Below are positions 58,171-64,000 of a stretch of DNA of 64,000 bases, piece after piece. The translations under genes and the position numbers were made by a program. Position 1 is the first letter of the stretch, and every line of letters begins with the position of its first letter. Under the pieces are notes generated by a model. It made no database searches. It was given only the letters and a program-made list of their open reading frames with translations, and had not been told where the DNA came from. Source of the stretch: Microthyrium microscopicum. Its lineage: Eukaryota. The DNA lies in contig MU004231.1 in the NCBI GenBank assembly GCA_010405405.1, forward strand, positions 4,328,884-4,392,883, written 5' to 3'.

Positions 58171-61100
58171 ATTATTAGAAACGGGTCGTTCTAAGTAGGT
58201 AAAGACTATAATTATTATGGTTTAAGTAGATACGTAAAAATAGAGACGAGAGTAATTGCTAGGGAGTTACTTAGACCCTTATAATCCCTCTTCTTTATTA
58301 CCTAGAGCTATAAGGACTCTACTAAGTTATCTATGTTTATAATAGGTTATTATTAGTTAACCTAACTAATAATGCTTTATCCTACGTAGATATATCCTAT
58401 TAGTAGTTATCTTAAATTAAAGGTGTCCTAGTTCTTAATATTATCTTTCTTCTTAAGGCTATTCATCCTAAAGAGTATATTTAAAGGTTTTAATAGATAT
58501 TTCTTATACTTATATATAGCTTTTAACTATACTCTATTATACTAAGACTTAGGAGAAGATAAGGCTTAACTAAATATATAGGATTAAGCTATCTATATCT
58601 TAGAGAGTCTTTTATAGCTTAGTAATGTCCTTATTCTCTAGCTTTAGTATATTATTTATTTAAGATAGATAGCCCTTTATTTTTTACTTACTTTAGATAG
58701 ATAGCTCTCTATTTTCTACTAGTCTTAGGCTATAATTAACTATATTAACTTAAACTTAAAGGAGTCTAGTTATTAAAGTCTAATATATTAATAAGATATC
58801 TAATAAGTAATTAATAGCTCTATTAGGATCTTAATTAGTTAATATTAGCTTTATTAGAGTTAAATTAACTTATTTATAAATATAGCGTAGTGCTACTATT
58901 TATATTTAATTAGATCTTATTAAAATGCTACTAGATAGTTATTCTATATATAGTATAGGTTATTTAGTTATTAAAATATATATAGCTTAACTTAGTTAAT
59001 TATACTATGTTAAATATACTAAATTTATATTAGTTTAGTATAATTAGCTTTATAGTAGGTTAGGTAGCTATAACTTATATATAAAACTACTTTATAAGCC
59101 TTATTTAGCTTTAAATTAAAGGCATATTTTGACTTTATTTTACGTTAAAAAGGATTCTTAAAGGAGTACCCCTTATATATATATCTTAATACTTTTTATA
59201 TTTAATTAAAGGTTATTTTACGTTATTTATAATAAGGTATTTAAATCCTTACTTAAAAGTTTAAAGACTCTAAGACTAAGATTATACCTTTCTATTTAGG
59301 AAGTTATAACTTCTCTAAGTACTTATTATACTATGCGCGACTTCCTTTTATTATAGGAGGCTCTTATAGGTCTTTATTAAGTATTATTACGTTAATACTT
59401 AGCTATTTTAAGAAAGTAAAGAGATTTAGGTATAAAATAACTTTTCTTACTCTAAATCCTTTATCTCTTATTTTTTATACTCTAAATCTTAAGGTAAGTA
59501 GAAATTCTATAGTTTTATAAATATATATAAAGATTACTATTACTAACCTATTTTACGTTATAAGTTTTTCTTTAGTAACTATAAATTTTCTCTTCTTAAT
59601 TATTAAGCTACTTAGCGCTTTCTTAAATCCTCTTAACCTATTTTAGTATACTTTATACTCTTTTAACTTTTAATAACTTATCTTAACTAACCTATATACT
59701 TTTAAACTTATCTTTATTTAAAGCAAACATTAATATAAATAAGTTACTTAAAGATTCTATTAAAGGCTCTTAAGTCTTTACTAAGGGTAACTTTAACTCT
59801 ACTAAGATTATAGTAACTATTCCTACTAGTAATAATATTATTATGTCCTATAATAACTAAATCTTAATTATTAATATTATAAACCTTATTAAAGTAGTCT
59901 TTAAGAATAAGATAGAGTAAGAATATGCTAATAAGAGCATTATAGCCTTACTTAGCTTATTATAGTACTACTTAACTCTAAATTCTTATTAGCGTTATAT
60001 AGAGGTCTATGTAGTATATTTTTCTTCTTCTTTAACTACTAAACTTTACCTTATTCCTAACTTAGACTATTATTATACTTAGTAAGTTAGTTTAGGTAAG
60101 TACTTTATTAAATACCTTAATATAAAGTTAACTAAGGATTATTTAGAAGTAATATTCTATTCTAGCTTATTTTACGTTATATTATACTAATATAAGTAGG
60201 TTATTTCTTATAAGGACCTTTATAACGAAATTAAGCTTATTTTAGTCTATGTTATAATTAATAAGGTTATTTATACTCTTAAGAATAGTTTTTAGGATAA
60301 ATTATCTTATAAGAATAAGTATATACTTTATAGTAGTATTTAGTACGCTTATAAGTACGTAGTAACTCTTTATAAGTTATAAGTACTTATTTTAACTAAT
60401 TCTAGTTTAGCTTTATATATTTAGACGCTAATTAGTTTATAGTTATATATTTAAGTAGCTAGTAGCTAACTTCTTTCTATTATATTTTAATATTACTAAG
60501 GATAGCTTTTATATGACTTATGCGTTTATTAACTACTATATAAGTGCTAAAGCTACCTAAAAGCTAGTAGATAATAGCCTTTTAGAATTAGAGAAGTATA
60601 TTATAGTTTATCTAGCTCTCTTAGCTACTAATATTTAATTCTATCCTCTTAAGTACTTTAAGTACTATAATGTACTATATTTTTAGCGTATAGACTTTAT
60701 ATATATTATTAGTCCTTAAGGACCTAATATATCTTAAGTAAGTCTTTTTATATCTATAGTAGGTTACTTTGCGTCTAACTATCTTATAGTAACTTACTAA
60801 TATTAAAGAGGCTCTATCTAATATCCTTATAAGCTCTTAAGTACTTCTTAAATGCTATAAAGCTTATCTTAGCGCTTCTAAGTGCTAAGAGGTTAAGGGC
60901 TATATTAAAAAGGCTATTAAGGCTTTTTATAAGAATAGTTATACTAATAAGGACTATTCTAAGGTTAAGGTTATAAGTCTTACTATAAAAAAGCGCAAGA
61001 TAGGCTAAGTAGCTTCTTCTTAAGTTAAAATAAAGTTAGATAAGTTGTCTTAGGTCTTTTAGAATTTAATATTATCTATACTTAGCCTTAATTAGCTAAA

Positions 61101-61499
61101 TAGGGCTATTTCTTATTATATTAAGTTATTTTACGTTCCTTAAGGATAAGTTAGTTAGTAGATACCTTTTTAGGACTTCTTAAAGATAGGTTTATTAGTA
61201 GATACCCTTATAGAACTATTATATAGCTAATTTGACTCTTAGTTAGAAATTACTTATTTTTTTATATATTTTTTAATATATATTTTAACTCTATTTTGTG
61301 TTATAAAAGATTCTTAAAAGAGTATTCTTTATATACGTATAGAGACTTATTTTATGTATTATTTTAGGTTATTTTATATATTTATAACTTAATAGTTTTC
61401 TTATATACTTATTATTTAGTACTATTTTTAAGTTACTTTAAGTTAATTTATTATAATATATATATAAGGAGGTTAATTTAGGTTCTAATTAATAAAAAA

Positions 61500-64000
61500 A
61501 TTATAAAGTAACTATTCCTCTTCTTTAAAAGCTTATCTTAAGTCTTTTAAGTCTTCTTTAGCCTTCTTAGTTATTATTTTAGTCTTATAAGGTTAAGATC
61601 TATTAACCTATTTATAATATTATCTAGATATATTATTTTATATTTAACTACTTCTCTAATTATACTTATTACTAGTATAATGCCTTTCTTAGCTAACTTT
61701 ACGTAATAGCGCTTTAAAGTAGTTAAAAAAAAGTTAGCTATAAGCTTTTAGGTTAATTTAGACTCTAGGTAATCTTTCTATTTTATAAGGTAGTAGTATT
61801 TATTTCTTTTATTTACTATATACTTTATTATCTCCTCTATATTATATATATTTAGGTCTTTTAGGTTTAAAGAATCCTATAGTAATATAGACTTCTATAG
61901 AAAGTAGGGGTTTAGCTTATATAGCTCTAATAGAGAGATATAGAATATATTATAGACTTATATATTCTTTAGGAAGTTAAGCTAGTAAGTATTAGTATTT
62001 ATAACTTTTATAATCTTAAAGAGACCTATATATTTAATATTAAGTTTCTTCTTAACGTAAGTAGTCTAAATATTCTTTATATTAAGTAGGACTTAATTAC
62101 TAACGTTTAAATAAACGTCCTTCTTTTCTTTATTATACTAGTTAGCCTAGTATAGCTATACTTTAGCTAATTTATTTTTTATTACATATTATAGAGATAG
62201 AATATAGTTTATTATTCCTTTAGTATTAGGTATAATACTTTTTAATAGCGTTTTAGCTAATTTAGAAGTATAGGAGTTCCTTCTAGTATATATAATAAAA
62301 GGAGTAACTCTAATTAATAAGTAAATACTATTATTATAGTTAAACTTAGCTAAACTAAGCTATTTTACCTAATTATCTTATTCTTAATATTTATAAATCT
62401 ATAGGTAGTACTTAACTTCCTAGTTTAAGCGCTCTATTTAACTATTAGTTTATAGGTAAAATACTATTAAGAGCTTTTTAAGGATAGAAAGGTAATAAAG
62501 GAATATTTTCTAGTACTTAAAAATAAAGAGAGGTCCTTAATTAGATATAATAGTATAAGGTACGCTATATAGGCGTATAACCTTTTATAAGAAGATCTTA
62601 ATAAGGTTTTTTATGTTTATATTCTTTCTTATTAAAATATAGTAGGCTATTTTAATTAATTTATTAATAACTACTATAATAGAGTTATAGGTTTAACTAT
62701 TATAAATACTTAAGAGTAAATTTATAATAAAATCTATAGTAATATCCTCTTATAGCGCTTCTAGGACTAGTAAAGCTATTAATAATCCTTTCTAGACTTA
62801 TTTAATAGATTTATTATGTTAGTAGTTAAGATAAGCCTTATAATAGTTCTTAATATCTTTCTAGACGTAGTCCTAAGTATAATAGCGCTTAATTTTCTTA
62901 AGTATCTTCTTTAACTCTCTATAACTATCTTCTATAGTATCGTTATAAAACCTTTATAGGATTTTCTTCTTTTATAACTCTTCCTTAATAAAAACGAGAT
63001 TTCTACTTATTTATTTAGCTTTATTTAAGTTATTCTTAGCTAGAGGGGGTTTATTAATAGCTAAGATCTTACTAGAGCTTATTTTTAGATATTTCTAGGT
63101 CTTAGTAGGCTTATCTTAACCCTTCTTAAGTTAATTTATAATAAGATACTACGTATTAATACTAATATATATAATAATAGAGTTTATAAGTTTAATAGCG
63201 TTAATTTTAATTATAGGAGCGTTATTAAATTATAACTTATTATAAAGTAGGTTAAGTAATGCTTCTATAGTCTTTTTTTATTCTTTTTAGCTCTTTTTAA
63301 CGTAGTTTAGATATCTTAAGAGTCTATTAGCTAAATTTATCTTACTTAGGTAATGCTTAATATTAAAATTATATTCTAAGAGTAAATCTACTTACCTTGC
63401 GTATATTAATAATATTTTTAGTATTATTTTAAGCGATTTAAGGTTTATATAATCTATTAAGATCTAAAATTGGTTTAGTAAGCTTTATAAGTACTTTCTA
63501 AATACTTTTAAGGAATTTATAATTATTAAGAACTTTTGTTATAGAGTTTTATAGTAGCTTTTTAGTAGAAATAATTTTTAAGAATAGAATATAATAGGTT
63601 TTTATAGGCTATTCTAGCCCTTATTGCGTTATCTTTAGCTTAATATTCTATAAATTGCTCTTTTAGAGATATTAGTTTCTAACTATATAGGAAGCATAGG
63701 GTTAAAATAAACTAAAATTAGCGTATTTATAAAAGAATCTTTTAGTTTATTAAAAGAATCTAAGGCGTCTAGTAGTAATTTAATATTTATAAACTCTTCC
63801 TATTATAGCTTTAAGCCTTTTAGGGCCTAACCTAGTTCTTTTTAGGTTAAGATGTTTAATAGTATAGTAATATAAAAGAATTTAGTAATAAACTAATAAT
63901 AGTAGTTTATAAAGCTAATAAATTTCCTTACTTAGTATACGTTATATAGTTTTAGCTAATCTAGGTACGTATTAACTTATAACTAATCTATAGTAGTACT
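61500..64000 (-). mobile_element. RIP-inactivated Ty3/Gypsy chromovirus pol (RNase H-integrase-chromodomain)
   Basis: Minus strand: ILVYFNP..PI*LETNIS (ILVHFDP...LETDAS), YSVPYTIISN*GPLF (HGVP..IVSDRG), IVFYL*TNS*IERLN (TAFHPQTDGQTERLN), VYNIFYISLLE (VHNVFHISLLE), YLIK*KDYLESKLT*K (YLVKWKGYPES..TWE); element continues past the window end. Confidence 0.88.

Larger units (their letters stand above)
53420..64000. repeat. AT-rich RIP-degenerated repeat block (right)
   Basis: Abrupt GC drop at ~53420; TpA excess, CpA/TpG depletion; no ORF in the track over 10.5 kb. Confidence 0.95.

Noticed and set aside
1..64000. tRNA or rRNA genes
   Set aside because: No T-loop GTTCRANYC with a cloverleaf context or rRNA-like stretch noticed by eye; tRNAscan-SE was not run

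Overview
Intron-containing fungal (Pezizomycotina, probably Dothideomycete-like; this assignment is inference) genomic window. A ~51-kb gene-rich block of balanced GC (~2.2-53.4 kb) sits between two extremely AT-rich, TpA-rich, CpA/TpG-poor blocks typical of repeat-induced point mutation (RIP). The AT-rich blocks hold dead Ty3/Gypsy (including a chromodomain-bearing one) and Ty1/Copia retrotransposons, still recognisable after mentally reversing C->T/G->A changes. Recognisable conserved genes: tannase/feruloyl esterase, EMC1, MDM34, RSE1/SF3B3, MSS51, an aldo-keto reductase, MEC1/ATR, COX16, TAD2 and DAP1. Between them lie accessory-looking genes: a multi-TM protein, two F-box-like genes, a ~1600-aa signal-peptide/TM/ankyrin protein and an NLS plus Cys/His orphan. 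Highlights: (1) a diverged tandem pair of large disordered orphan proteins (44.1-46.1 and 47.7-50.9 kb) sharing a KEN-box block, an identical C-terminal FWIPW motif and conserved upstream DNA blocks, one of them followed 31 nt later by a small polybasic CaaX ORF ending GGCTVM; (2) a box C/D snoRNA inside RSE1 intron 2 with a 13-nt guide to the 18S Am541 site (snR41-like); (3) an RSE1 intron 1 with mutually exclusive stems and a non-consensus branch site. Exon boundaries were read by eye and are approximate. No database searches were run.
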